A stretch of 64,000 nt of DNA from Sulfurovum sp. (GCA_027068435.1 JAMOTA010000016.1:15228-79227); one strand, 5' to 3'. Shown: positions 46,166 through 58,357, counted from the stretch's first letter. Program-made: numbers and translations. Notes: generated by a model not told the origin, from the letters alone.

Positions 46166-49100
46166 ATGATAAAAATAGAAAACTATAAAAATGTATTAAA
46201 AAAGCTTGGATTTGAACATAAATCTGATATTTATACTAAAAACTTTAATGAATTTAAAACTAAGCTAGAAGTAGATTTTAAAAATGAAAAGCTCATCTAC
46301 CCTGAAACTGATGGATTAAAAGTAAATGACAAAACTACATCAAATTTTACAAGTGCAGAAAATTTTGTAGTTTTTGAATGTGTATGTAAACTTTTGACTC
46401 AAGGATACAATCCAAAACATATAGAACTTGAACCAAAGTGGCAAGTAGGTCATGGGGCTAGTGGTGGTAAGGCTGATATACTCATAAAAGACAATGATGA
46501 AAAAACTCTTCTAATCATAGAGTGTAAAACAGCAGGTGTAGAGTTTAAAAAAGCTTGGGATACAACACAGATAAAACCAACACAACTTTTTTCTTATGCC
46601 CAACAAGACAGAGATACAAAGTTTATAGCACTCTATGCTAGTGATTTTGTAGATGATGAGATTAAATCTGATTATTATCTTATTAGTTTAGCTGATGATA
46701 ACAAAAGACTTTTTGAAAATAAAGCTTTAAAATCATACAGCGATGCTAATACAGTAGAAAATATTTACAATGTTTGGAGTGAAACTTATAAAAAAGAGTT
46801 TAAAACAAATGGTATATTTGAAGAGAATAAAGCCTACTATATAGGGGTAGAAAAAACAAATATAAATGATTTAAAAATCGTCTCTTCAAACGATATAAAA
46901 GGCAAGTATAACGAATTTGCTACTATTATGAGACAGCATAATATTGGTGGTGCAGAGAGAGCTTTTAATGTACTTGTAAATCTTTTCTTATGTAAAATCA
47001 TTGATGAAAACAAAAATATAAAAAATGAAAAAAGTGGTCTTGAGTTTTACTGGAAAGGTATATCTTATGATGATGCGTTTGCTCTGCAAGATAGACTTCA
47101 AGAACTCTATAAAGTAGGTATGTTTGACTTTTTAAATGAAGAGATAACTTATATATCTGATAAAGCCATTGATGATATGTTTAAAATTATAGATTTAGAT
47201 AGTTTAAAAGTAGATGTAAAAAGTAAGTTTAGAGAACAGAAGTTTTTTACAAATAATGACTTTAGTTTTTTAGATGTACATAGCGAAGAGCTTTTTTATA
47301 AAAACTTTGAGGTGCTTTTAAAAGTTGTTGAGATGTTTCAAGATATACGACTTACTGGTGTAGAAGACAACCAATTTTTAGGAGATATGTTTGAGGGCTT
47401 TTTAGATAATGGAGTAAAGCAAAGTGAAGGACAATTTTTTACCCCTATGCCAATAGTAAAATTTATCATAAACTCATTACCTCTTGATGATATACAAAAA
47501 ACACACAACGAACCAAAAGCGATAGATTTTGCTTGTGGTGCTGGACATTTTTTAAATGAGGTCGCAAAGGTATTTACTACGAACGAAGTTGTGGGAATAG
47601 AAAAAGAGTATAGGCTTTCTAAAGTTGCAAAAGTATCTGCCTTGATGTATGGACAAGAGAATATAAATATAGTCTATAATGATGCTTTAACTAAAAATGA
47701 AGAGATAGAGGATGATACTTTTTCAGTGCTTGTAGCAAACCCACCCTACAGTGTAAAAGGTTTTTTAGAAACACTAAGCAAAGATGATATACAAACTTAT
47801 GAATTAACAAAAACTATAGAAGAGAAAAGTTTTACAGCAAACAACTCTATTGAGTGTTTTTTCATAGAAAAAGCTAAACAAATTTTATCTGCTGATGGGG
47901 TTACAGGTATAGTGTTACCTAGTTCTATTTTAAGCAAGGGCGATGGTCAAAACACTTATGTAGGAACAAGAGAGATACTTATAAAATATTTTGAAATCAT
48001 CGCTATTGCTGAGTTTGGAAGTGGCACATTTGGAAAAACTGGAACAAATACAGTCACACTGTTTTTAAGAAGAAGAGATGACACTCAAAATATAGTAGGA
48101 AAATATAAAGACTTTGTAGATAATCTTTTTGTAAAAAATAACAATACTCAAACACTGTTTCAAAATAAAAATATTGTAGAGGATTATTGTACTCATATAG
48201 ATATAAAAAAAGATATATATTTGAGTCTATTTGAGAGTGAATTAAATCAAGATATATTTAAACATGAAACTTTTGCAGAGTATAGAGCAGATTTTTTAAA
48301 ACTAACAGTTACAAAAAATAGAAAAACAAAAACTAATTATAAAGCATTAGCTAAAGAGAAAAAAGAGGAAAAAGAAGCTGTTGAGTTGCTAAAGTATATT
48401 AAAAATATTGAAGCAGATAAGCTTTATTATTTTTGTTTAGCAGAGGAAACTAATAAAGAGGTTTTAATCATAAAAGCCCCAAGTGATGGTAAAGAAAATA
48501 AAAAGTTCTTAGGTTATGAGTGGAGTGGAAGAAAAGGAAATGAGGGCATTCAGTACAGTGGCGGAACTCTAGGTAACATAAACACACCACTTTACAATCC
48601 AAATGATAAAAAAGATGAAACTAAGATAAATAGTTTAATAGCTAAGAATTTTATTGAAGATACTGTTGAGATACCTCAAGAGCTAAAAAAGTTTGTTTCA
48701 AAGGCTAGGCTAGTTGATATGCTTGATTTTAGTAGGAAAGAGTTTAATAAGACTTTTAATTTAATACCGAAAAAAGAAATTAAACTATTGAGCAATAAAT
48801 ATGAAAGTATTGATTTAGATATTTTATTACAGAAAATAAAAGGGAATACAACGAAAATATCAAAAGATGAAATACAAAAAATTGGTAAATTTCCAGTAAT
48901 TACTCAAGAACAAAATAATTTAATAGCTGGGTATTCAGATTTAAATTTAACAATTACTGACTTACCCTTAGTAATGTTTGGTGACCATAGTTGTACTTTT
49001 AAATATATTGATTTTCAATTTATTAGAGGTGCAGATGGTACACAATTGTTAAAATTTAATGAAGATAAAATTTTAACAAAATATTTCTATTACTTATCTA

Positions 49101-49810
49101 ATATATTAGAAATTACAAATCAAGATAAATACGAAAGACATATGAAATATTTAAAAAGTAATAAAATCCCACTTCCTCCACTTGATATTCAAAAAGAGAT
49201 AGTTAAGGAGTGCGAGAAAGTTGATAAAGATGTTGAAAAAGCCAACACTACAAGTAAAGCATCAAAAAATGAAATTATAAACTCTTTGAACTTTTCATCA
49301 GAGAATGAATTAATGAAATTAAGTGATGTTTGTGATATGAAAGCAGGAAAATTTGTATCTGCTTCAAATATAAATGATGAATATTTAGAGGGTTTATACC
49401 CTTGTTATGGGGGAAATGGTCTTCGTGGTTATGTTGAGACATTTACACATGACGGTATTTACCCTATTATTGGAAGACAAGGTGCATTATGTGGTAATGT
49501 TATGTTGGCTAAAAATAAATTTCATGCAACAGAACATGCCGTAGTAGTTATTCCTAAAATTGAAGTAGATATAATTTGGTTGTATCATAAATTAGTAATA
49601 ATGGATTTAAATCAATATAAAACAGGTGTAGCTCAACCTGGACTTTCTGTGAAAAATCTAAATGTAGTAGATATTCAGATTCCATCATTTAAAAACCAAA
49701 AAGAGATAGTTTCTAAGATTGAAAAATTAGAAGAGAATATTGCTAAATCTCAAAAGGTTATAGATGAAGCAAGTGATAAAAAACAAGCTATTTTAAGAAA
49801 GTATTTGTAA
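46166..49810 (+). CDS. Fused restriction-modification enzyme (endonuclease + N6-MTase + two TRDs), CjeI/Cj1051c-like type IIG/IIC
   Basis: PD-(D/E)xK ADILIK...IIECK; motif I DFACGAG; motif IV NPPY; two HsdS-like segments ending IPLPPLDIQKEIV and IPSFKNQKEIV. Confidence 0.88.
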   Translation: MIKIENYKNVLKKLGFEHKSDIYTKNFNEFKTKLEVDFKNEKLIYPETDGLKVNDKTTSNFTSAENFVVFECVCKLLTQGYNPKHIELEPKWQVGHGASGGKADILIKDNDEKTLLIIECKTAGVEFKKAWDTTQIKPTQLFSYAQQDRDTKFIALYASDFVDDEIKSDYYLISLADDNKRLFENKALKSYSDANTVENIYNVWSETYKKEFKTNGIFEENKAYYIGVEKTNINDLKIVSSNDIKGKYNEFATIMRQHNIGGAERAFNVLVNLFLCKIIDENKNIKNEKSGLEFYWKGISYDDAFALQDRLQELYKVGMFDFLNEEITYISDKAIDDMFKIIDLDSLKVDVKSKFREQKFFTNNDFSFLDVHSEELFYKNFEVLLKVVEMFQDIRLTGVEDNQFLGDMFEGFLDNGVKQSEGQFFTPMPIVKFIINSLPLDDIQKTHNEPKAIDFACGAGHFLNEVAKVFTTNEVVGIEKEYRLSKVAKVSALMYGQENINIVYNDALTKNEEIEDDTFSVLVANPPYSVKGFLETLSKDDIQTYELTKTIEEKSFTANNSIECFFIEKAKQILSADGVTGIVLPSSILSKGDGQNTYVGTREILIKYFEIIAIAEFGSGTFGKTGTNTVTLFLRRRDDTQNIVGKYKDFVDNLFVKNNNTQTLFQNKNIVEDYCTHIDIKKDIYLSLFESELNQDIFKHETFAEYRADFLKLTVTKNRKTKTNYKALAKEKKEEKEAVELLKYIKNIEADKLYYFCLAEETNKEVLIIKAPSDGKENKKFLGYEWSGRKGNEGIQYSGGTLGNINTPLYNPNDKKDETKINSLIAKNFIEDTVEIPQELKKFVSKARLVDMLDFSRKEFNKTFNLIPKKEIKLLSNKYESIDLDILLQKIKGNTTKISKDEIQKIGKFPVITQEQNNLIAGYSDLNLTITDLPLVMFGDHSCTFKYIDFQFIRGADGTQLLKFNEDKILTKYFYYLSNILEITNQDKYERHMKYLKSNKIPLPPLDIQKEIVKECEKVDKDVEKANTTSKASKNEIINSLNFSSENELMKLSDVCDMKAGKFVSASNINDEYLEGLYPCYGGNGLRGYVETFTHDGIYPIIGRQGALCGNVMLAKNKFHATEHAVVVIPKIEVDIIWLYHKLVIMDLNQYKTGVAQPGLSVKNLNVVDIQIPSFKNQKEIVSKIEKLEENIAKSQKVIDEASDKKQAILRKYL

Positions 49811-50811
49811 TGAATAATCTAAGCCTAAAAGATGAACTCACAGAGTTTTTACTCTACACAACTCCATCAAGTGATGTAAAAGTAGAGATTTTCATGCACA
49901 ACGAGAGTGTTTGGCTACCTCAAAAACGAATGGCTGAACTCTTTGGAGTGCAAAGACCTGCCATTACTAAACATCTAAAAAATATTTTTGAGAGTGGAGA
50001 ACTAGAAGAAGATTCAGTTAGTTCCATTTTGGAACATGCTGCTGAAGATGGTAAAAAGTATAATACAAAATTTTATAACCTTGATGCAATTTTATCTGTT
50101 GGATATAGAGTAAACTCTTCACAAGCAACACAGTTTCGTATCTGGGCTACAAAGATTTTAAAAGAATATATCATCAAAGGCTTTGCCATGGATGATGATA
50201 GACTTAAAAATGGTCAGTACTTTGGAAAAGACTACTTTAAAGAGCTTCTAGAAAGAGTTCGTTCCATACGAACGAGTGAGAGAAGAATCTACCAGCAAAT
50301 CACAGATATATTTGCAGAGTGTAGTTTTGACTACGATAAAAACTCGCAAACTACAAAAGATTTTTATGCCATGGTTCAAAATAAATTTCATTTTGCCATT
50401 AGTGGTAAAACTGCTGCTGAGATAGTCTATAAAAGTGCAGATATAAAACGACCTAATATGGGGTTAACCTCTTGGAAAAACTCACCTAATGGACGAGTAC
50501 TAAAATCAGATACTACAATAGCAAAAAATTATCTTGAAGAAGATGAGATTAAAAAACTAGAGCGAACTATAGGGGCTTACTTTGACTATATTGAAAGAAT
50601 TATTGAAAATAGACAAGAGTTGAGCATGAAAGATGTAAGTGACTCTGTCAATAAATTTTTAGAGTTTAATGAGTTTAAAGTGCTTGAAGGAAAAGGTACA
50701 ATCTCTCATATACAAGCAAAAGAAAAAGCATCAAAAGAGTATGAAGCGTTTAATAAAATACAAAAAATCGAGTCTGACTTTGATAGAGAGATGAAGAAAT
50801 TATTGAGTTAG
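49810..50811 (+). CDS. RhuM-family DNA-binding protein
   Basis: VWLPQKRMAELFG, YNLDAILSVGYRVNS, KGFAMDDDRLK, IRTSERR.YQ; TAATG coupling to the RM gene. Confidence 0.9.
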   Translation: MNNLSLKDELTEFLLYTTPSSDVKVEIFMHNESVWLPQKRMAELFGVQRPAITKHLKNIFESGELEEDSVSSILEHAAEDGKKYNTKFYNLDAILSVGYRVNSSQATQFRIWATKILKEYIIKGFAMDDDRLKNGQYFGKDYFKELLERVRSIRTSERRIYQQITDIFAECSFDYDKNSQTTKDFYAMVQNKFHFAISGKTAAEIVYKSADIKRPNMGLTSWKNSPNGRVLKSDTTIAKNYLEEDEIKKLERTIGAYFDYIERIIENRQELSMKDVSDSVNKFLEFNEFKVLEGKGTISHIQAKEKASKEYEAFNKIQKIESDFDREMKKLLS

Positions 50812-50852
50812 AAAGTGTATGTTGTGTATAAGAAGTGATACTTATATCTTCA

Positions 50853-50878
50853 AAGGGTACATAACGCTATGTACCCTT
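50853..50878. terminator. Hairpin between convergent rhuM and nifU
   Basis: AAGGGTACATA-ACGC-TATGTACCCTT. Confidence 0.65.
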
Positions 50879-50898
50879 GAGGGAGTTTTTTAAGAGTG

Positions 50899-51867
50899 TT
50901 AGATAGGTAAAACTCTAATGTTTTGAGAGAGTTTCTCTTTTAAGATATTTTCTATGGCGAAGAGTGTTCCTGTGCTTGAGCTTGCACAGCCGTTACATGC
51001 ACCTAGGTATCTGATGTAGATGTCTATGTCTTCTCCGTTGTCTTTAATGTCAAGAATTTCCATATCTCCACCATCCATAATGAGCATTTGACGGATGTTA
51101 GCATCTATCACTTTATCTACAGCTTTGATACGCTGAACGATGGTCATCTCATTGAAGTTTGCACTTCCTGTTCCTAATGCGTCTGCGGCTTTGCTCATTT
51201 TCTCTTTTTCATACTCTTCAAGTAAATCAACCAAATAAATATCTTTAGCTTCATGTCCACCAGGGCGAATACATGATTTACAAAAAGCACCTGCTTTTGT
51301 ATAGTCTGTTATCTCTTCTATAGTTGTAAGGTCATTAAGACGAATAACCTCTTGAAGAGTAGATAGGGAAACTCTAGCACATTCACATACAATGATTTCC
51401 TCTTCAAAACTCTCCATGTCAACACCTTTATATTGAGCTGCTGCTTTTTTGATAACATCATATGCCATAACAGAACAGTGCATCTTCTGTGGTGGAACTG
51501 CTGGTGTGTCTGGGTTGTCACGCATTGCCATCTCAACGTCTATATTTGTGATTTTGACAGCTTCATCTACTGTTTTACCTTTACAAAGTTCAGCCATTGT
51601 GTCAGAAGAAGCGATAGCTGTACCACAACCAAAACTCTTAAACTTAGAGAGCATAATCACATCACTAATAGGATGTACTGCCCAGTAAAGACGTACTGCG
51701 TCTCCACAACTCTCAGCACCAAAGTCAGCAACGATAAGTGTAGCACCCATCTCTTTTGCTTGCTCTTCTGTAATCTCACCCATATTTTGTGGGTTGTTCA
51801 TCAAGTTTGTTACTTTGTTACTGTACTCATCCCAGATGCTACCACCTACTAAACTATCTATTCCCAT
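50899..51867 (-). CDS. nifU: Three-domain NifU-type Fe-S scaffold
   Basis: SCGDA, FGCG, KMHCS (IscU domain); CEC...C..C central cluster; GACNGC C-terminal domain. Confidence 0.95.
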   Translation of the reverse strand: MGIDSLVGGSIWDEYSNKVTNLMNNPQNMGEITEEQAKEMGATLIVADFGAESCGDAVRLYWAVHPISDVIMLSKFKSFGCGTAIASSDTMAELCKGKTVDEAVKITNIDVEMAMRDNPDTPAVPPQKMHCSVMAYDVIKKAAAQYKGVDMESFEEEIIVCECARVSLSTLQEVIRLNDLTTIEEITDYTKAGAFCKSCIRPGGHEAKDIYLVDLLEEYEKEKMSKAADALGTGSANFNEMTIVQRIKAVDKVIDANIRQMLIMDGGDMEILDIKDNGEDIDIYIRYLGACNGCASSSTGTLFAIENILKEKLSQNIRVLPI

Positions 51868-51920
51868 TTTATATCCTTTAATCTTTTCAACTTATAATGA
51901 CTCGATTGTATCGACTCTTT

Positions 51921-53253
<1,333 letters not shown>

Positions 53254-53264
53254 AATTAGATTAT

Positions 53265-53290
53265 GTTCACTTGATTTGTGTCAAGTGAAC
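53265..53290 (-). terminator. folE terminator hairpin
   Basis: GTTCACTTGA-TTTGTG-TCAAGTGAAC. Confidence 0.65.
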
Positions 53291-53313
53291 TGTTTAAAAA
53301 GGAGGGAGTTAGA

Positions 53314-53892
53314 CTAAAAGTTTGAAGGTGTAGGGGTGTTAATAAGGTTGTAAAACTCACTTCTTGTACGTTCATCACTCTTAAAAAGTCCACGAAGTGC
53401 AGAACTTACAGTTGTAGAGTTAATCTTTTGGACACCTCTCATCTCCATACACATATGACGAGCATGAAGTACAACAGCCACACCTTTAGGTTTGATAGTT
53501 CCTAAAATCGCATCGGCTATCTGTTCTGTCATCTGCTCTTGTATCTGAAGTCGTCTTGCATAAACATTGACAATACGAGGTATTTTAGAAAGACCTACAA
53601 CTTTACCATTGGGAATGTAAGCTACATGCGCACGTCCGATAATAGGTAGCATATGGTGTTCACACATAGAGTAAAACTCAATATCACGTACTAAAACCAT
53701 CTCATCATTACTCGTAGTGAAAAGTGCTTGGTTGAGTATCTCTTTTGGGTCTTGCTCATAACCTTCAGTAAGAAACTTTAGGGCTTTTGCTACACGTGAA
53801 GGGGTTTTAAGTAGCCCTTCGCGTTTTGGGTCTTCACCTAAAAGTTCAAGGACTTTAGTGATAGCTTGTTCAAATTCTTCTTCTTTTGACAT
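53314..53892 (-). CDS. folE: GTP cyclohydrolase I
   Basis: [30 protein letters not shown]; start reassigned to ATG 53892 after AGGA. Confidence 0.97.
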   Translation of the reverse strand: MSKEEEFEQAITKVLELLGEDPKREGLLKTPSRVAKALKFLTEGYEQDPKEILNQALFTTSNDEMVLVRDIEFYSMCEHHMLPIIGRAHVAYIPNGKVVGLSKIPRIVNVYARRLQIQEQMTEQIADAILGTIKPKGVAVVLHARHMCMEMRGVQKINSTTVSSALRGLFKSDERTRSEFYNLINTPTPSNF

Positions 53893-54161
53893 GTATATTC
53901 CTAAGTAGGGTGGATTTATTTTCATATTGTATCTAAGTATAGTTTAACTATTTTTCATCTGCTTTGAATATATGGTTAATTTTTGTATCGCATCTTCTGA
54001 AAAGTAATCTATCTGCTTAGGATGGTTTTCATGATAAACATAGACTTTAGACTTAAGTAAAAGATATGTTTTATGGGGCAAATTATAGCTAGATTATACT
54101 CTCAATTCTTTTTTTAGTAAATTTTAGATAAAATCACGCAATTATATATAAAAGGATTGTA

Positions 54162-55451
54162 GTGAAAGTTACAGTAAACAAAACAGACGAAGCAAACGTA
54201 ATCGTAAGTGGTACAATAGAAAAAAGTATTGTTGAAGCAAATGTTGAAAGACTTGCAGTTCAAGCAGGTAAAGAGATAAAAGTAGATGGATTTAGAAAAG
54301 GTAAAGTACCAGCACATGTAGTAAAAAAACTACATGGTGAAAAACTTGTTCAAGATGCTGAAGCAGATGCACTTAAAGATCTTATCGATTCTGGTATTAA
54401 AGAAGCAGGTATAAACGCGTCTGATGTTTTAGGACAACCTACATTTAAAAAATATGACAAAACAGATGCTGGTATAGAAGTTGAAGTAGAGATTTCTGTA
54501 AGACCAACATTTAAAGCTGAAGGGTACATGGATGTAGTACCTGCATTTGAAAAACCAACAGCTACAGATGATGAAGTAGATGCAAAACTTACAGAGATTG
54601 CAGCACAACAAGCACCATTTGAAGCTATATCTGAAAAGCGTACAGTAAAAGATGGTGATACAGTTATAATTGACTTTGAAGGTTTCGTTGATGCTGTAGC
54701 ATTTGATGGTGGAAAAGCAGAGAAATTCTCACTTAAAATCGGTTCAGGTCAATTTATCCCAGGATTTGAAGATCAAATCATCGGTATGAAGTATGAAGAA
54801 GAGAAAACAGTAACTGTTACTTTCCCAGCAGAGTATCAATCAGCAGACCTTGCAGGTAAAGAGGCAGAGTTTAAAGTAACACTTCATGAGATTCAAGAGC
54901 AAGTAGTTCCTGAAATCAATGACGAGTTAGCAAAAAAACTTCTTCAAGGTGAAGAAGATGCAACAGTAGATACACTAAAAGAGAAAGTAAATGAGCAAAT
55001 CGTATCTGAAAAAGTAGCAAAATTATTTAACGAAGATTTAAAGCCTAAGCTTATCGAAGCGTTAGTAGCACACTTTGACTTTGCACTTCCAAACAACATA
55101 GTTGACCAAGAAGTAGATGCAAAAGTAAATGAAAAAGCAAGAAACATGAGTGAAGAAGAGCTTAATGGTTTCAAAGAGAACCCAGAAAAAGTAGATGAAC
55201 TTCGTAATGAAGTAAGAGCAGATGCAGCAGCAAGTGTAAAAGCTACATTTATTGTAGATGCATTGGCTAAAGCTGAAGAGGTAGCAGTAAATGATCAAGA
55301 AGTATCTCAAGCTATCTATTATGAAGCGATGATGAGTGGTCAAAACCCACAAGAAGTGATTAAGTATTATGAAGATAATAACTTACTTCCAGCAGTTAAA
55401 ATGGGTATGATTGAAGATAAACTATTTGGTAAAATGCTTGGTCTAAACTAA
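54162..55451 (+). CDS. tig: Trigger factor
   Basis: GFRKGKVP ribosome-binding motif; FKBP domain (IDFEG...FIPGFEDQ). Confidence 0.98.
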   Translation: MKVTVNKTDEANVIVSGTIEKSIVEANVERLAVQAGKEIKVDGFRKGKVPAHVVKKLHGEKLVQDAEADALKDLIDSGIKEAGINASDVLGQPTFKKYDKTDAGIEVEVEISVRPTFKAEGYMDVVPAFEKPTATDDEVDAKLTEIAAQQAPFEAISEKRTVKDGDTVIIDFEGFVDAVAFDGGKAEKFSLKIGSGQFIPGFEDQIIGMKYEEEKTVTVTFPAEYQSADLAGKEAEFKVTLHEIQEQVVPEINDELAKKLLQGEEDATVDTLKEKVNEQIVSEKVAKLFNEDLKPKLIEALVAHFDFALPNNIVDQEVDAKVNEKARNMSEEELNGFKENPEKVDELRNEVRADAAASVKATFIVDALAKAEEVAVNDQEVSQAIYYEAMMSGQNPQEVIKYYEDNNLLPAVKMGMIEDKLFGKMLGLN

Positions 55452-55466
55452 TAGCATTTATCTAAT

Positions 55467-55499
55467 AAACAAGTAACAACTTCGTGTTGTTACTTGTTT
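55467..55499 (+). terminator. Hairpin after tig
   Basis: AAACAAGTAACAAC-TTCGT-GTTGTTACTTGTTT, a 14-bp stem with a T-tail. Confidence 0.75.
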
Positions 55500-55571
55500 T
55501 GTTAACGCTTCTAATGTATATTCAAGTTGATTCAATAATCTATTTAACTATATATTAATTAAAGGTAAAAA

Positions 55572-56159
55572 ATGAGTTATATTCCATACGTAGTAGAACA
55601 AACAGGTAGAGGTGAGAGATCTTACGATATCTATTCACGTCTTTTAAAAGATAGAATTATCATGTTAAGTGGTGAAGTAAATGACCAAGTGGCTTCTACT
55701 ATAGTAGCTCAGTTACTTTTTCTTGAAGCACAAGACCCAGATAAAGATATATATTTTTATATTAACTCTCCAGGGGGAGTTATCACTTCAGGACTCTCAA
55801 TGTTTGACACGATGAACTACATCAAGCCAGACATTGTAACTATCTGTATGGGTCAAGCAGCTTCTATGGGTGCATTTTTATTGGCTTCAGGAACAAAAGG
55901 TAAGCGTTATGCTCTACCAAATGCACGTATTATGATTCATCAACCTTCAGGTGGAGCTCAAGGGCAGTCAACCGATATACAGATACAAGCACAAGAGATA
56001 CAGAGACTTAAAGATACACTCAATGAGATTTTAGCAGAGCAGACAGGTAAAACAGCAAAACGTATAGAAAAAGATACAGAACGCGATAACTTTATGTCTT
56101 CTAAAGAAGCGGTTGAGTATGGTCTTATCGATAAAGTGTTAACAAAAAGTTTTGCATAA
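55572..56159 (+). CDS. clpP: Clp protease proteolytic subunit
   Basis: [27 protein letters not shown]. Confidence 0.99.
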   Translation: MSYIPYVVEQTGRGERSYDIYSRLLKDRIIMLSGEVNDQVASTIVAQLLFLEAQDPDKDIYFYINSPGGVITSGLSMFDTMNYIKPDIVTICMGQAASMGAFLLASGTKGKRYALPNARIMIHQPSGGAQGQSTDIQIQAQEIQRLKDTLNEILAEQTGKTAKRIEKDTERDNFMSSKEAVEYGLIDKVLTKSFA

Positions 56160-56165
56160 GGTTTT

Positions 56166-56693
56166 ATGATGATTAGAGAAATAGTAGTATACCCCGATAA
56201 AAGATTGAAGCTTATCTCTAAAGAAGTAAAACTATTTAATGGTGCATTACATGATTTACTTGATGATATGTATGAGACTATGTGTGCTAAAAATGGTGTA
56301 GGACTCGCTGCTATTCAAGTAGGTGTTGAACAAAGAGTACTTATTATCAATGTTCCTATAGAGGCTAAAGAGGGCGAAGCAGATCAACCTAAAGAGAATA
56401 CTTTAGAGATGATAAACCCTGTTATCATAGAACAAGATGGTGCAGAGAAGTACCAAGAGGGGTGTCTCTCTATTCCTGGGGTTTATGAAGATGTTGAGCG
56501 TTCTAAGCATGTGAAAGTAGAGTACCTAGACAGAGATGGAAACCCACAAACCATAGATGATGATGCTTTTCTAGCAGTAGCAATACAACATGAAATAGAC
56601 CACCTAAACGGTAAAGTCTTCATAGAAAAACTATCTTACATCAAACGAAAAAAGTTTGAAAAAGAGTGGAAAAGAAAGTTAAAAGAGGGGTAA
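56166..56693 (+). CDS. def: Peptide deformylase
   Basis: GVGLAAIQ, EGCLS, QHEIDH. Confidence 0.98.
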   Translation: MMIREIVVYPDKRLKLISKEVKLFNGALHDLLDDMYETMCAKNGVGLAAIQVGVEQRVLIINVPIEAKEGEADQPKENTLEMINPVIIEQDGAEKYQEGCLSIPGVYEDVERSKHVKVEYLDRDGNPQTIDDDAFLAVAIQHEIDHLNGKVFIEKLSYIKRKKFEKEWKRKLKEG

Positions 56694-56760
56694 ATACTCC
56701 AAAACATTACAATTTGACATATTTTCAAACTTTTTCTTAAACTTGTGTCATACTACTACT

Positions 56761-58356
56761 ATGAATGCAAAAAATCATAGTGGTAATCTTCCACCCCAAA
56801 CAATCAAAGTTAAAACAGTAAAACAAAAAGAGAAAAAACAAGCCATAGTCAATAGGCTTACTTGTGCAACTCTTGAAGGTGTGAATGCCAAGGTGATAGA
56901 AGTTGAAGCTACCTTTACCAAAGGGCTACCAGGTTTTGCTGTGGTGGGTCTAGCTAGTAGTGATATACAAGAGTCTAAAGAGCGTACAAAGTCGGCTCTA
57001 CTTACTAATGACTTTATTTTTCCTCCTTTAAAAGTAACGATAAATCTGAGCCCAAGTGACCTTAAAAAGCGAGGAACACATTTAGATTTAGCCATGGGGC
57101 TTTTGATAGCTTTACATAAAGTAAAGATAGAAGAAGAGGGGCTTTTTGTATTTGGTGAGTTGGGGCTAGATGGTAAGGTCAAGAGTAGCTCTATGTTATT
57201 TCCTCTTGTTTTGTCTTTAAAAGAGCAAGGACTTATTAAAAGAGCCATCGTTCCCACAGAAGCCATAGAGTATTTAAGTCACATATCTGCTGTAGATTTT
57301 ATTGCAGTAGATACGTTAAGTGAAGCGATACAGATAGTTAAAAATAGAGATTTTAAGGCTAATGTAGAGAGATTTTCTTATGAGTCTGATACTTTTTGTA
57401 TAGATAAAACAGCCTACTATTTTGAGAAAAAGTATGAGAGTGATTTTATGGAGGTTAAAGGGCAGTCTATAGCAAAGAGAGCTTCACTCATAGCAGCTGC
57501 AGGGATGCATAACTTTTTAATGGAGGGTAACCCAGGGTGTGGTAAGAGTATGATAGCTAAACGTATTAAAGATATACTTCCTCCTCTTTTTGAAGAGGAG
57601 ATACTCTCTATTGCTAAACATCAATTTTTAGATGGTGTAACACCTACCTTTACAGCACTCCGCCCGATACGTTCCCCGCACCATACTGCTACTTCAGCTT
57701 CTATCTTTGGAGGTGGCTCATCTATGGCAAAAATAGGTGAAGTAGCTTTAGCTAATAAGGGTATCTTATTTTTTGATGAACTTCCTCACTTTTCTAAAAA
57801 TATCTTAGAGGCATTAAGAGAACCATTACAAGATAAAAAGGTTCATATAGCCCGTGTCAATGCTAAGATAGAGTATGAAGCAGATATTATGTTCGTTGCA
57901 GCTCAAAATCCTTGTCCTTGTGGAAACTTACTCTCTAAAGTGCGTGCATGTCGTTGTAGTGAAGTAGAGATAAAACGCTATCAAAATAAGCTTTCAGATC
58001 CTTTTTTAGATCGTATAGACCTTTTTGTAGTGATGCAAGAGGTGAGTAGTGATGATAGAGGAGATATAAGTTCTAAAGAGATGCATGAAGCAGTACTTAA
58101 TGCCTTTAAAATACAAAAACATAGAGGACAGCAGAGACTCAATGGAAAGTTAACTGAAGAGGAGATAGAGTATTTTTGTCTTTTGTCTGAAGATGCACAG
58201 AAGATACTTGAAGGGGCTATTGGTAAATTTGGACTTTCACATAGGAGTATAGCGTCTGTGAAAAAGATAGGTAGAACGATAGCAGACCTTAATACCCATG
58301 AGAAGATAGAAAAGTCTGATTTATTGGAAGCTTTGAGTTATAGACGTAGAAAGTAG
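56761..58356 (+). CDS. YifB/ComM-family Mg-chelatase-like AAA+ ATPase
   Basis: Lon-like N-domain (INLSPSDLKKRG), GNPGCGKS, RSPHHT, FFDELP, AAQNPCPCG. Confidence 0.92.
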   Translation: MNAKNHSGNLPPQTIKVKTVKQKEKKQAIVNRLTCATLEGVNAKVIEVEATFTKGLPGFAVVGLASSDIQESKERTKSALLTNDFIFPPLKVTINLSPSDLKKRGTHLDLAMGLLIALHKVKIEEEGLFVFGELGLDGKVKSSSMLFPLVLSLKEQGLIKRAIVPTEAIEYLSHISAVDFIAVDTLSEAIQIVKNRDFKANVERFSYESDTFCIDKTAYYFEKKYESDFMEVKGQSIAKRASLIAAAGMHNFLMEGNPGCGKSMIAKRIKDILPPLFEEEILSIAKHQFLDGVTPTFTALRPIRSPHHTATSASIFGGGSSMAKIGEVALANKGILFFDELPHFSKNILEALREPLQDKKVHIARVNAKIEYEADIMFVAAQNPCPCGNLLSKVRACRCSEVEIKRYQNKLSDPFLDRIDLFVVMQEVSSDDRGDISSKEMHEAVLNAFKIQKHRGQQRLNGKLTEEEIEYFCLLSEDAQKILEGAIGKFGLSHRSIASVKKIGRTIADLNTHEKIEKSDLLEALSYRRRK

Positions 58357-58357
58357 T

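Noticed and set aside
53905-53917. GTAGGGTGGATTT, resembling the first arm of a GTAG-family REP (similar GTAGGTGGAT on the minus strand at 530-539)
   Set aside because: The complementary arm is missing in both cases and no RAYT gene is present; too short to support.
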